From assembly GCA_964016885.1 (NCBI GenBank), contig OZ024763.1, positions 11,780,001 through 11,844,000 on the forward strand: DNA of 64,000 bases. The letters run 5' to 3'. The position numbers were made by a program, and so were the translations under genes. The notes below the pieces were generated by a model. The model was not told the origin of the DNA and did not search any database. It worked only from the letters and a program-made list of their open reading frames with translations. Source of the DNA: Eledone cirrhosa. Lineage: Eukaryota. Within the stretch, counting starts at the first letter, position 1; each line of letters begins with the position of its first letter. Below are positions 1 to 12,899 of this stretch, in pieces.

Positions 1-91
1 TCTACCGATACTGCCAATCTAATAATGACAATCTTAATCGCCTCCATCATTGTTGCACTCATCAAATTAAGCAGCAATCATTTTCTTATTG

Positions 92-1330
92 ATATTATTA
101 TTATTTGCTCTATTGCCCTGTTGCTGGGTTCAGGCATTCAACCTAAGGCAATAGATTTCCTTGTAGAGAGAGCGAGCTTATCTGAGAATGTGTGTTGTTC
201 CTAGTAACCAAGGTACAGCTCTGATGATTTGGGTATCATCATCATCATCATCATCATCATCGTTTAACGTCCATTTTCCACGCTAGCATGGGTCTAAACT
301 ATAATAAAGTAAGGAGTGTGGGACTGCGTCCAGAATATAATTTTTTATCCTGTTTGTAAAATAAGTTGGATTACTTTGAATAAATAATGAATGAATATTA
401 CATAATTTATCTACTAAATTTAGTTATTCTTGATTAAATATAAATAATTTTGTTGCTTATTTTAAGATTCACTTCTTTAAAATTTTCAAATGTCAACACT
501 TCCGGTTAGCGATCGCTTAAATAAACATTCATATATTTCCGTCACTAATTTTCTCCTAATGCAGTTTATATATAATATCATCTTTTTTTAATGTATCATG
601 GATTACGTTACTGATTACATAAGACAGTGTAACGACACAGTCTTTGCTCAATTTCTGTGTATATTATCAATTACGAATTTATTTGATCATATCTACATGT
701 AAATATATATACTTGTGTATAATATCAATATACACACTACACATGCTAGCAGAAAAACCACCCAAAGTGTGGCTTTTCTGCTAGTTAATCCTAATGCTCC
801 TACCACAGGGATAATGTTTGTGGTCATCCTCCACATGTAGTTGATCTCTAATCCAAGTCTTTGTATTTGACAGTTTCTCCATTGTTTTTACAGATATAAT
901 CTTGCCAGCTGGTACAGCAATATCTATCAGGCTACATGTTCTATCTGTTTGTGATTTATGATGATATCTGGTGTATTGGCAGATATTTCTCGGTTATCAC
1001 AAGCATATTATCCAGAATGAATATATTGCCATTTTCCATGACTGTTTTTGGTTGATGTTCATACTGTTTGTAGGAGGTTTGGATATCATGAAAACAGTAG
1101 AGCATCCAGTGCACATATTTGGCAATGCAGTTATGTCTTTTTATATAATCAGTTTGTGCCAGCTCTTGACATCCAGAGATAACATGATCTACCGTTTCTT
1201 CATATTTGTAGCATATTCTGCATAGAGGGCTATTCCCATCTTTCACTATTCTGTGTCTATAGGCTTGAGTGTTTAGAAATTGGTCTTGTGCAGCTACTAA
1301 GATACCATCCATCTCTGTTTCAGACCAGCA
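92..1330 (-). mobile_element. Decayed R4/Dong-like non-LTR retrotransposon 3' portion (CCHC knuckle + restriction-like endonuclease), interrupted by insertions at ~236-784
   Basis: ORF 956-1312 has AAQDQ..L.T, CRIC..YEETVDHVISGC and KRHN. Broken frames continue with LIDIAVP, KYKDL and IIPVVGALG (~790-940), then LLGTTHILR (~180-208) and an (AAT)n tail at ~92-105. Frameshifted. Confidence 0.85.
294..784 (+). mobile_element. Non-autonomous Helitron-like element
   Basis: Starts TCTAAACTATAATAAAG and ends in a subterminal hairpin followed by CTAG|T. A second copy of its 5' part lies at 17951-18486. It sits inside the R4/Dong fragment. Confidence 0.5.
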
Positions 1331-1516
1331 CTTCTGAGTTAAGCTAGTGGGCCACGCTGATCATTGTCAGAAAAGAGCTCTGGGAATCTACCATGTAGTG
1401 CTTTTGCTTTGGTTTAATTTCTCTGTTTGAAGTTTCTTTGCTGTGATCTTCACAATCTTAGCTAACTGTACATCACTCTGGTGTTGATCTTTCCTTCCCC
1501 CCAAAATTACTGGCAT

Positions 1517-1818
1517 GGAGGCACATGGCTTAGTGGTTAGAGCATTGGCCTTGCAATCGAAAGGTTGTGAGTTCAATTCTCAGACTGGGTGATGTGTTGT
1601 TTCCTTGAGCAAGACACTTTATTTCACATTGCTCCAGTTTACTCAGCTGTAGAAATGAGATGATAGGGACTGGGGTCCCTATCATTCCAATGCAAAAGTG
1701 GTCGTGGAGGTGCCACGGCAAAAGGGCATCCAGCTGTAGAAATCAAGCCAGAATCAGTTCCCGTCCCACCCTTGCAAGCAGGGAAAAGCGGACGTAAAAT
1801 GAAATGATGATGATGATG
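1517..1818 (+). mobile_element. tRNA-derived SINE, family A (tRNA head, conserved core, RTE-derived tail)
   Basis: A box TGGCTTAGTGG, B box GAGTTCAATTC, core CCTTGAGCAAGACACTTT, tail CCCTTGCAAGCAGGGAAAAGCGGACGTAAAA(TGA)n. Several near-identical copies in the window. Confidence 0.9.
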
Positions 1819-1852
1819 TGTCTAATGTAGAAACAATTATTTTTATTATTAT

Positions 1853-2045
1853 TGGTGGATTGGCAGTATTGGAAGAGGAACTGACGCCATGCTTTACAGC
1901 AAAGAGTTACGGCCCTTAATGGTCTGAGTTCAAATCCCGCCGAGGTTAACTTTGCCTTTCATCCTAACGGGGTCGATAAAATAAAGTACCAGTAATACAC
2001 TGGGATAATTGATGGCCTTGTTGCCAAAAAATAGAAACAATTATT
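1853..2045 (+). mobile_element. tRNA-derived SINE, family B
   Basis: Head GGTGGATTGGCAGTATTGG, B box GAGTTCAAATCCC, central CTTTGCCTTTCATCCT..GGGGTCGATAAAATAAAGTACCAG, tail TAGAAACA(ATT)n. More than 12 copies in the window. Confidence 0.9.
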
Positions 2046-2125
2046 ATTAATATTATTGATGGTTTGCTGAGAAAATTTGATTAGTAGTAATCAAATTTTC
2101 TCAGCAAACCATCAATAATATTAAT
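2046..2125. repeat. Perfect 38-bp inverted repeat with 4-nt loop
   Basis: 2046-2083 is the exact reverse complement of 2088-2125; the loop is GTAG. Confidence 0.95.
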
Positions 2126-2311
2126 TGTTTCTACTTTAGGCACAAGGCCAGCAACTACCCAGTGCATTACTGGTACTTTATTTTTTATCGACCCCGTAAG
2201 GATGAAAGGCAAAGTTAATCTCGGCGGGATTTGAACTCAGACCATTAAGGGCCGTAACTCTTTGCTGTAAAGCATGGCGTCAGTTCCTCTTCCAATACTG
2301 CCAATCCACCA
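2123..2311 (-). mobile_element. SINE family B (inverted twin of 1853-2045)
   Basis: Reverse complement of 1853-2045, sharing its private variants. Confidence 0.9.
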
Positions 2312-2471
2312 ATAATATTAATAATATTAATAATAATTGTTTCTATTAGCTACTAAAACTATTCATCAGCCATTAGTGTTAGCAGCTTCTCTTAATGATG
2401 AATGTGTACATTTATCTACAAAGACTCTGAAACTATCAGTTCATTGAAATTCAGTTAAAACTGTGTATTAA

Positions 2472-2693
2472 CCCTTTAGCATTCACATTACTCTATATAT
2501 ACTATTATATTTTCACAGTAAAGGCTTTACCTCACATAATTATCTCACATAATATCTCACATAATATCGAATCTATGAGATTTTGAAAGTATTTATTTTG
2601 AGAACAATACCTAAACATCAGTTTGAGTGACCAGTTACAGCCAGTTTCAACAGAAAGAGGTAGAGAATTCTGGCTGGTTTGAACATTAAGGGG
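2472..2693. mobile_element. piggyBac-type MITE
   Basis: TTAA|CCCTTTAGCATT ... CATTAAGGGG|TTAA; TTAA target duplication and CCC/GGG termini. Six related copies in the window. Confidence 0.85.
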
Positions 2694-2805
2694 TTAAATA
2701 ATATGTAACTTACCTATCTTTACACATTGAGTGCTCATTGTTTTGAATTATGAAATCACACTCAAATACATTTATATCTATATCTATATATATATATATA
2801 TATAT

Positions 2806-3056
2806 CAGCTTGACCGACCAGTCTGTCGGCCGCCAATCGGCGCCGCTGGTCACAGCACATCGTGCTATTTTAGCCATAAGATAACGCCATCCCACTGGCT
2901 GGGCGGGCAGGCCAGTACTCATTTCTACAGCTGAGTAAACTGGAGCAACGTGAAATAAAGTGTCTTGCTCAAGGAAACAACGCATCACCCGGTCCGAGAA
3001 TTGAACTCACAACCTTTCGATTGCAAGCCCAATGCTCTAACCACTAAGCCATGTGT
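2806..3056 (-). mobile_element. SINE with family A head+core but a different GC-rich 3' module
   Basis: ~2915-3056 matches the family A head and core; 2806-2915 is unrelated to the family A body. Confidence 0.75.
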
Positions 3057-3469
3057 GTAAATATATAAATTACCTCTCTTTACATATTGAGTGCTCATTT
3101 TTTTGTAATGTGAAACCACACTCAAATCTACTCATACACACACACACGTACACATATATGCATATACATGTATGTGTGGGTGTGATTTTGTATATATGTG
3201 TGTAGGTATGTAATTTCTACATTAGAATATTGATTGCTTTTCTATCTCCCCCTCTCTCTCCCCTCCCTCCCTCTCCCCTCCCCCTCTCCCATCCCCTCCC
3301 TCCCTCTCCCCTCCCTCCCTCTCCCCTCCCTCCCTCTCCCATCCCTCCCTCTCCCACACTCATACAGAGACACTTCTCTCCCACCCTCCCTCTTCAATAT
3401 GTTCCACCATATTGATATGTCTAGTTTGTCCTCATATTAGCACACTACCTACCATGTATATGTACTTGC

Positions 3470-3669
3470 ACTCACACACACACACACACTCACACATACA
3501 CATATATGTACACGCACACATGTACACATATATATATATATGTACACACACGCATATATAAATGTATACACACACACACACATACATATATAAATATATA
3601 CACACATATATATATGTACACACACACACATATGTATAAATATATACACACACACATATATATAAATAT

Positions 3670-3701
<32 letters not shown>

Positions 3702-3889
3702 GTACAGACACACACACATGTATAAGTATATACACACACATATATAAATATATACACACACACATATATATATGTACACACACACACATATATATATATA
3801 TAAATATATACACACATATATATATAAATATACACACACATATATATATATATATATAAATATATACACACACATATATATATAAATAT

Positions 3890-3928
<39 letters not shown>

Positions 3929-4016
3929 TACACACACATATATATATATTACACATCATGTTATATAGAGACAAAGGAAGATTTCTGAATAGATTTATAT
4001 TACCTCCTCCAACATC

Positions 4017-4060
<44 letters not shown>
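3470..4060. repeat. Compound (TA)n/(CA)n and (CT)n microsatellite
   Basis: Direct inspection. Confidence 0.95.
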
Positions 4061-4061
<1 letters not shown>

Positions 4062-4194
4062 TACTCTTCCTCTCTCTGTCACCCTCTTCTCCTCCTCTCA
4101 TTTCTTTCCATCTTTTGTCCTTAATTCATCTGTCTTCTTTTTTCCCTTCTTTCTTTCTCTTGCTGTGTCTTCTATCTTCCAATAAATCTTTCTT

Positions 4195-4672
4195 GAACAC
4201 AACACCACTCCCACCACCACCATGAACACAACAGCAGCAGCAACACCACTCCCACCACCACCATGAACACAACAGCAGCAGCAACACCACTCCCACCATG
4301 AACACAACAGCAGCAGCAACACCACTCCCACCATGAACACAACAGCACCAACAACACCACTCCCACCACCACCATGAACACAACAGCAGCAGCAACACCA
4401 CTCCCACCATGAACACAACAGCACCAACAACACCACTCCCACCACCATTAATACAACACCACCATGAACACAATAACATCACCACCTCCACCACTAACAT
4501 TAATACAACAGCATCAACACCACCACCACCATGACCATGAACACAATAACAGCAGTACCACCACCACCACCACCACCACCACCATCAACAACAACACCAC
4601 CACCACCACCACCACCACCATCATCAACAACAACAGTAACACCACCATCACCACCAACAACAACAACAACAA
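4195..4672. repeat. CA-rich minisatellite (CCATGAACACAACAGCAGCAGCAACACCACTCCCA) grading into (CAC)n/(CAA)n
   Basis: Direct tandem repetition. Confidence 0.85.
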
Positions 4673-5454
4673 AGTTTACTTCCTGTGGTATATATTTTTA
4701 AATGAAATTTTATCTGCCAAACTAAAGACTGTTGCTGTACTTTAAGACATGCAGCTAAGATATATGGATGTTCTAAATATAGAGATTATAGTCTTCTCAC
4801 AATGTGTTGTGGTTGTTGTTGTTGTTGGTGGGGATTTAACCCTTTTAGTATCATATTTCTAATGAAAAACACTCCCTTGTGATTTTCAAATCATTGTGAA
4901 AATAAAGACTATTTTGGGGGATGGGGTAGTAATATGACTTGCTCATTATTAAGTTGTTCATTGGGATGTAACTTAAAGGATTTTATATAAAATGATGATA
5001 AAAGAATTTTAGATAAATATAAACACTTTAATGCTTTTGTTAGCATATTTCTAACAAAAAATACCTATTGGCTCACAGGAGCCCTGCAAGGTGGGGGTGT
5101 CGTTGACCATTGTGAAATGTTTTTGAGGTTTTGTCCATGGGGGGCACAGCTCCAAACCGCTGCACTCTGGGCCTAGAGGCCCCTCCCATTCTTCTGTGAC
5201 CCTAGAGCCCTTGCTCTTCCCTTCATTTTCCGTTTTTAAATATCTGTAGTGTTGTTGTTATTTGAAATAGATTTGCTTACGATTTTTTTTTATTTTTATT
5301 AATAAAACATTTTGGAGATATTCAAGAATTTGGAGGGATTTAGAAATATAAGTAACTTTCTTATTATTAAGCTGGTATTTGGAACATAAATGTTTTTACA
5401 TAACATTTATGATGAAAGCTATTTTAGATAAACATACATATACATGAAAAAACT

Positions 5455-5680
5455 GCATTGGTACAGACATGTGATGCACATGGATAATGAACACTGGGGA
5501 AGGTGTGCCAGGAAATCTTAGTGTAGGGAAGACTAGGGGATCTCATCACTGATCTCTCATCACTGAGCCTCGCAGAGGGGATGGCAAAGGAACGCAGTGA
5601 ATGGAAAGATGTTGTGCTGAAAAGGGCCCATCCAACCCATGTAAGCATAGAAAAACGAACGTTAAAATGTTGATGATGAT
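5455..5680 (+). mobile_element. Degraded RTE LINE 3' fragment
   Basis: Similar along its length to 31340-31602 (WYRHVMHMD...) and ends in CGAACGTTAAAATGTTGATGATG. Confidence 0.75.
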
Positions 5681-5875
5681 TTTAAAACACACAGACTTGT
5701 ATTGTAGTAAAATCTGACAGTTTCAGGTATTTTCATATATCAAAAGGATTAAAAAGCATATTTTACCCTCAATTAAGAACCACATTAATAAATACACACT
5801 CTGTAGATGTTTTGATAAGAACCAAATTATTCTTAATTCTTACATTTTGCAAATGTACACATTGTGTGTATGTGT

Positions 5876-6006
5876 GTTGTTTCTACTTTTGGCACAAGGC
5901 CAGCAATTATGCCAGTGCATTACTGGTACTTTATTTTATCGACCCCGTAAGGATGAAAGGCAAAGTTAACCCTGGTGAGATTTGAACTCAGACCATAAAG
6001 GGCCGT
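5876..6006 (-). mobile_element. SINE family B, 5'-truncated
   Basis: Matches family B body and tail. Confidence 0.85.
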
Positions 6007-6139
6007 ATAATATCAACAATTGTGAATAGATACTCATTCTTTCATATACACATATATACACAGCAGGTCTGAACACAAAAGAAGTAAACTCCCACTGTCA
6101 CTGCTTATGTCTCTCCCGCTCTCCCCATATCTCACTATT

Positions 6140-6350
6140 GTGAACAAGTGGGGCCCATGCGCTGGTCACCCGTTGCCCCGGTGGACAGAATAGAGAAGGT
6201 GTTTCCTCGAAAGATGGTGAGGGAGACATGCTGTAAGAGCCATTCTAGATCTTGAGGCTCACACCTGCAGGAAGCTAACTCTGTGCTGATGATGGTGAGC
6301 AGGGAGGTGGCCCTAAGGCCTAGGACACCAGAAGTCTTCACTGCCAAAAT
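6140..6350 (-). mobile_element. CRE-like retrotransposon C-terminal fragment
   Basis: LAVKTSGVLGLRATSLLT...EPQDLEWLLQHVSLTIFRGNTFSIL aligns with the end of the ORF at 29873-30400. Confidence 0.85.
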
Positions 6351-6532
6351 TGCCTTGGTAATTTGGGTTAGAAACATGTTTAGAACTGTTTTAGCATGAC
6401 ATTGGAATCACAACACATTCATACACATTCATACACATACATACACATACATACACATACATACACATACATACACATACATACACATACATTTATATAG
6501 TTATAGGAATAACCAAAGAGTGCTTAGAAATA

Positions 6533-6600
6533 CATTGTTTTATTAGCTAACAGTGTTTCATCCATACACCATGGCAGGAATCATCAGAGCCTATAAACAT
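6533..6600 (-). ncRNA. Minimal type-I hammerhead ribozyme (slightly degenerate)
   Basis: UAGGCU-CUGAUGA-uUCC..GGAu-GAAA-CACUG-UU^AGCUAAUAAAA; the stem II closing pair is U.U. Confidence 0.6.
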
Positions 6601-7129
6601 GAGTATATGAGTAGTTGCATGCTCCATCGAGCTGCGTCTTATATATGTATTCTGATAGATGTTGCACACATCTACACCATTCTATGTCTGCTTTCCATGC
6701 TGGCATGGGTTGGACAGGTTGTCATGGTCTGAGATAAGAGATAGTCATCATACATTGCATGTTTGTTATGATAATGATGATGCCAGACAGATATGTTGTT
6801 TTATTCTGTTGATGGTGGTGGCCATGGACCCTCCCCCTCAGGCTCAACACTTCTTCTTCATCTACTTCCTTCCCCAATCCATGCTATTTTTCTCTTTCTT
6901 TACTTCAAAGTCAGAAATGATACTTCTAACATAACTCTCTACTTCTCAATCTCTCTCTCTCTACCCCCTCTCTCTACCCCCCTCTCTCTCTGTCCTTGTC
7001 TGTGCCTCACACACACCCTCTCTCTATCAATCTCTCTCTCTATCTCTCTCTACAGAGAGAGAGAGAGTGAGGCACAGACAGACAGAGAGAGAGGGGGGAA
7101 AGAGAGATAGGGCATGATAAATGCCCTAT

Positions 7130-7700
7130 CTCTCTTTCCCCCCTCTCTCTCTGTCTCTCCTGTCTGTCTGTGCCTCACACACTCTCTATATATCTCTATC
7201 AATCTCTCTCTACTTATCATGCACTATCTCTCTTTCCCCCTCTCTCTCTGTCTCTGTCTCTCCTGTCTGTCTGTGCCTCACACTCTCTCTCTATCAATAT
7301 CTCTCTCTACTCCTCATTCTCTATCTCTCTATCCCCCCTCTATCTCTCTGTCTGTGCCTCACACTCTCTCTCTACTCCTCATTCCCTATCTCTCTATCCC
7401 CCCTCTCTCTCTCTCTGTCTGTGCCTCACACACTCTCTCTATCAATATCTCTCTCTACTCCTCATTCCCTATCTCTCTATCCCCCCTCTCTCTCTCTGTC
7501 TGTGCCTCACACACTCTCTCTATCAATATCTCTCTCTACTCCTCATTCCCTATCTCTCTATCCCCCCTCTCTCTCTCTGTCTGTGCCTCACACACTCTCT
7601 CTATCAATATCTCTCTCTACTCCTCATTCCCTATCTCTCTATCCCCCTCTATCTCTCTGTCTGTCTGCCTCACACACACTTTATCTCTCTCTACATCTCT
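7130..7700. repeat. CT-rich minisatellite (~79-bp unit)
   Basis: Repeated TCTGTGCCTCACACACTCTCTCTATCAATATCTCTCTCTACTCCTCATTCCC. Confidence 0.85.
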
Positions 7701-8439
7701 TCTCTCTATCTTTCCCTATCTTTATATCTGTCTGTCTGTCTCTTGCTATGTCCCCCAAGGGATTCTATTTAATGTTTACAGCCTGAGAGGAAATAGTTTG
7801 ATAAATTGATTAAATTCTCCTTAATTGCCCCCACCCTCACTGCCTCACCCCTCTCTTCTTCCTGTCTCAGGAACACAGACAAACAAAAAATAGATATAAA
7901 ATTACTCTGAAGCTCTCACTCTAATGGACTTTACTCTCATTCTCTTGTCCCCCCCCCCCCCGTCATTCTTGATCTCTCTCTCTTTCTCTGCCTCTCTTGT
8001 CCCCCTCATCTTTCTTGATATCTCTCTCTTGTCACCCTCCCCCTGTCTTTTTTGATATCTCGCTTCCTCTCTCTTCTCCCCTCTGTCTCTTTCACTATCT
8101 CCTCCTCCTTTCTCTCACCCCCCTCTCTCAATCTATCCCTGCTCCTCTCCACCTATCTCTCCCTCTCCCACCACCTCTATCTCCCCATCTCCAGCCATCT
8201 CTACCTCCTCCCCTCCACTCTACTTGATGTACTGGCATAGTTTACCACTGTTGCCTCAGGCACTTATCTTTTACTACATATTTTTGGTGAAACACTGTAA
8301 TGTAACCCCCCCACACCTTTATGTAGTAACCTGTCTTTATAATGTCTCCTTCAGCTAATGCCCCTCTGGCAAATCATCATCACCAACATCAGCAGCATCA
8401 GCATCATCAGACAAACATACTTTGCCATATTTCTTCCAA

Positions 8440-9192
8440 GTCAAATCATTTTGAGTTCAAATCCTGTCGAGGTTAACTTTACCTTTTATCCTTCTGAGGT
8501 CATTAAAATAAAGTACCACCAATGTACTGAGGGTGTGTGTAATGAATCCCTCCCCCCCCCCCACTCCACCACCATCACCAAAGAAAATTTGCTAGCCTTG
8601 TGCCTAAATTAGAAATCTCTTATTATTTTGGTAGGGTGTCAGACACCATCCTTTACGGCATAGAATTACGGCCCTTTATGTTCTGAGTTCAAATACTACC
8701 GAGGTTAGCTTTGCTTTTCATCCTTTTGAGGCCATTAAAATAAAGTACCAGTCACGCACTGGGGTCGATTTAAATGACTTTCCCCTCCCCCCAAAATTGC
8801 TGCCCTTGTGCCTATATAAGAAACCATTATTTTGGTAGGGCGTCAGCCACCATGCTCTACGGCATAGAGTTACGGCCCTTCATATTCTGAGTTCAAATAC
8901 CACCGAGGTTAGCTTCGCCCTTCACCCTTCTGAGTCCATTAAAATAAAGTACCAGTAATGCTCTGCGGTCTAAGGAACTCCGCCCCGCCACACACACCAC
9001 CAAAGAAAATTTGCTAGCCTTATGCCTAAATTAGAAATCATTATTAGTTTTCCAGCATAGTTACGTCCCTTTACGATCTGAGTTCAAATCCCGCTGAGGT
9101 TAACTTTGTCTTTCTCCTTACAGGGTCGATAAAACAAAGTACCAGTAATGTACTGGGTAATTGCTGGCCTTGTGCCGAAAATAGAGATAATT
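8440..9192 (+). mobile_element. Head-to-tail cluster of four SINE family B copies
   Basis: GAGTTCAAAT...AAAATAAAGTACCA...GCCTTGTGCC recurs four times. Confidence 0.85.
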
Positions 9193-9197
9193 ATTGG

Positions 9198-9733
9198 TAG
9201 ATTGTCAGTATCAGTAGAGGGTTGGACACCATGATTGGCAGTATCGGTAGAGAGTCGGATGCCATGATTGGCAGTATCGGTAGAGGGTCGGACACCATGA
9301 TTGTCAGTATCGGTAGAGGCTCGGACGCCATGATTGGCAGTATTGGTAGAGGGTCGGACACCATGATTGGCAGTATCGGTAGAGGGTCGGACGCCATGAT
9401 AGGCAGTATCGGTAGAGGGTCGGACGCCATGATTGGCAGTATCGGTAGAGGGTCGGACGCCATGATTGGCAGTATCGGTAGAGGGTCGGACACCATGATT
9501 GGCAGTATCGGTAGAGGGTCGGACGCCATGATTGGCAGTATCGGTAGAGGGTCGGACGCCATGATTGGCAGTATCGGTAGAGGGTCGGACGCCATGATTG
9601 GCAGTATCGGTAGAGGGTCGGACCGGACGCCATGATTGGCAGTATCGGTAGAGGGTCGGACACCATGATTGGCAGTATCGGTAGAGGGTCGGACGCCATG
9701 ATTGGCAGTATCGGTAGAGGGTCGGACGCCATG
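9198..9733 (+). repeat. 33-bp minisatellite (~16 copies) derived from the SINE B 5' head
   Basis: Unit CCATGATTGGCAGTATCGGTAGAGGGTCGGACG matches the SINE B head (compare 61088-61118, minus strand). Confidence 0.95.
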
Positions 9734-9890
9734 CTTTAACGCATAATTATGGCCCTTGTCATTCTGAGTTCAAATCCCGCTGAGGTTAAACTTTGCCTTT
9801 CATCCTTACAGGGGTTGATAAAATAAAGTACCAGTAATGTACTGGGGGTAATTTCTGGCCTTCTGCCGAAAGTAGCAACAATTATTATTA
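9733..9890 (+). mobile_element. SINE family B body contiguous with the 33-bp array
   Basis: B box, central domain and tail are present. Confidence 0.9.
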
Positions 9891-10004
9891 ATGTTGTTGC
9901 TGCTGTTATAGTTTGTATTTTTAAGTAGCTGTCTTGTCTTCTCTCTGCAAAGTCCATTGCAGCCATTATAGGTTGGGATCGTATGATTGCTGAAAACACT
10001 GGAC

Positions 10005-10493
10005 CTCACTTTCTCTCTCTCTCTAGCTCTCTCCTTCTTCTCACTTTCTCTCTCTCTAGCTCTCTCCTTCTTCTCACTTTCTCTCTCTTGCTCTCTCCTT
10101 CTCACTTTCTCTCTCTCTAGCTCTCTCCTTCTTCTCACTTTCTCTCTCTCTAGCTCTCTCCTTCTTCTCACTTTCTCTCTCTTGCTCTCTCCTTCTCACT
10201 TTCTCTCTCTCTCCTTCTCTATCTCCGCTCTGTCTCTCTCTCTCCCTGCTCTGTCTCTCTCTCCCCACTCTGTCTCTCTCTCCTCTCTTTCTCTCTCCCT
10301 GCTCTGTCTCTCTCTCTCCCCACTCTGTCTCTCTCTTCTCTCTTTCTCTCTCTCTCTCCTCTCTTTCTCTCTCTCTCCTCTCTTTCTCTCTCTCCTCCTC
10401 TCTTTCTCTCTCTCTCCTCCTCTCTTTCTCTCTCTCCTCTCTTTCTCTCTAGCTCTTTCTCTCCTCTCTTTCCTCCCTTTCTCTCTCTATCTC

Positions 10494-10543
<50 letters not shown>
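10005..10543. repeat. (CT)n-rich low-complexity tract
   Basis: Direct inspection. Confidence 0.9.
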
Positions 10544-10785
10544 GCAAGCGTGGAACACGGACGTTAAACGATGATGATGATGATGATGATGATATATGAA
10601 TGTATACACACACACACACAAAACATGCATACACTTACAAGAACAAAGGAAATCTTGTAAACTTGAAAACTGCCAAAAAAATCAATGAATCAATTATTGA
10701 ATTCCCCACCTCCTCCACATATATCCTTACCCTCCCCCCCATATATATATACACACACACACACATACACACACGCACACACATA

Positions 10786-10830
<45 letters not shown>

Positions 10831-10835
10831 ATGTG

Positions 10836-10867
<32 letters not shown>

Positions 10868-11643
10868 TGAAATTACACATCAGAAGCCTTTCTCAAATTA
10901 TTCCAACCATTTCCCTCTCATTAAATAACATATCTTCCATATACAAATAGAATTACATGTAAAAAACAATTTTCATCTCTTCTCTTTTATTTACTCTATT
11001 TATTATATTAAATCTTTATTTTTTTAAATATTTAATTTATATCATTCTATCATTATTATTTCTTTATTTTAACTTTATTTTATTTACATATATTTATGTT
11101 TATCAGCATTATTTCTTCATTTTAATTCTATTATTTTCTTAATTTTGTTTTATATTTATTATATATTGTTATCTATATTATATTATTATTATTCTTTGTT
11201 ATTTTAAATTTATTTTATTTATATATATTTATGTTTATCAGCATTATTTCTTTATTATAATTCTATTATTTTCTTAATTTTATATTATATCTTTATTATA
11301 TTATATTATCATTATTATTTTGCTGTATTTATTTTTGATTTTACCCATAGTGTTTCTTTGTTTTGTTATTATTATTATTATTATTGTTATTGTTGTTTTT
11401 TATTTCTTTACAATGACAAAAACAATAATAAAACAAACAAAATGAAAACAAAAATATATTAAAAAATCAATATTTATCTTCATTTGTAATTTATTCAGTA
11501 TCTTTCAAAGGTGTGGCTATATGTATGTATATATGTATATGTATGTGTATATGTATGTCTATATGTATATGTATGTTAGTGTATCATCATCATCGTATAT
11601 ATATCATCATTTTACGTCCGCTCTTCCCTGCTTGCAAGGGTGG

Positions 11644-11644
<1 letters not shown>

Positions 11645-11702
<58 letters not shown>

Positions 11703-11723
11703 ATATGTATACTTATGAGTATG

Positions 11724-11760
<37 letters not shown>

Positions 11761-11863
11761 GTATATGTGTGTGTGTATATGTATGTATACGTATGTATGT
11801 ATATGTATATATGCATGTGTGTAATTGTATGTACATGTATGTGTATATATATATGGGTGTATG

Positions 11864-11898
<35 letters not shown>

Positions 11899-11962
11899 GT
11901 GTATATATATATATATATGTGTATATATATATATATGTGTATATATATATATATGGGTGTAT

Positions 11963-12007
<45 letters not shown>

Positions 12008-12226
12008 TGGGTGTATGTATATATATATGTATGTATATATATATATATGGGTGTATGTATATATATGGGTGTATGTATATGTATGTATATATATATATGG
12101 GTGTATGTATATATATATATATATATATGTATGTATATATATATATATGTGTGTATGTATATATATATATGTATGTATGTATATATATAAATGTGTGTAT
12201 GTATGTATATATGTGTGTATGTGTGC

Positions 12227-12287
<61 letters not shown>

Positions 12288-12300
12288 CATGTGTGTACAT
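11645..12300. repeat. (TA)n/(TG)n compound microsatellite
   Basis: Direct inspection. Confidence 0.95.
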
Positions 12301-12899
12301 GCTTGATCTTGTTCACATCATATAACATCAAGTACCTTGTTGTTGTCATAATCATGTCCCTCCCTCCTCACTCTCTTACACATACCTCCCCTCTCCCTCC
12401 ACACTGTCTATTGTTACCTATAATTACTTTCTTTTGGCTTTCAATTTAAATATTATTATTATTATTATTATTATTATTTATTTAAGTTTAACTCTGTGTG
12501 TGTGTAATGTGTGTAATGTGTGTGTGTGTGTGTAATGTGTGTGTGTGTAATGTGTGTGTGTGTAATATTTTCATTATGCATATGTTATGAATTTTTAAAT
12601 AGATAGAAGTGTGTCTTTTGTTTTTCTTTCTTCTCTTCTTTCTTTGTTTTGTTTCGTTTCATTTTCCCCTTCTTTTCCTTCTTCCTTCTTTGTCTTGTCT
12701 TGAAAAAAAGAAAGAAAAACTCTATGTTCCTGTAAAGTTACAAATGATACATAATTGCTCATGTTATTACATTCGATTGCTTCCCCCCCCCCCCTACTTC
12801 GATCTCTCTCTCTCTCTCTCTTTAATCATCATTATTGCAGTTATTGATCTAATCCTATTGATTGTAGGTAGGTTGTAAGTGGTAGGGGAGAAGCACTGG

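Noticed and set aside
1517-1590. tRNA gene
   Set aside because: A and B boxes are present, but it is the head of a multi-copy SINE and has no proper acceptor stem.
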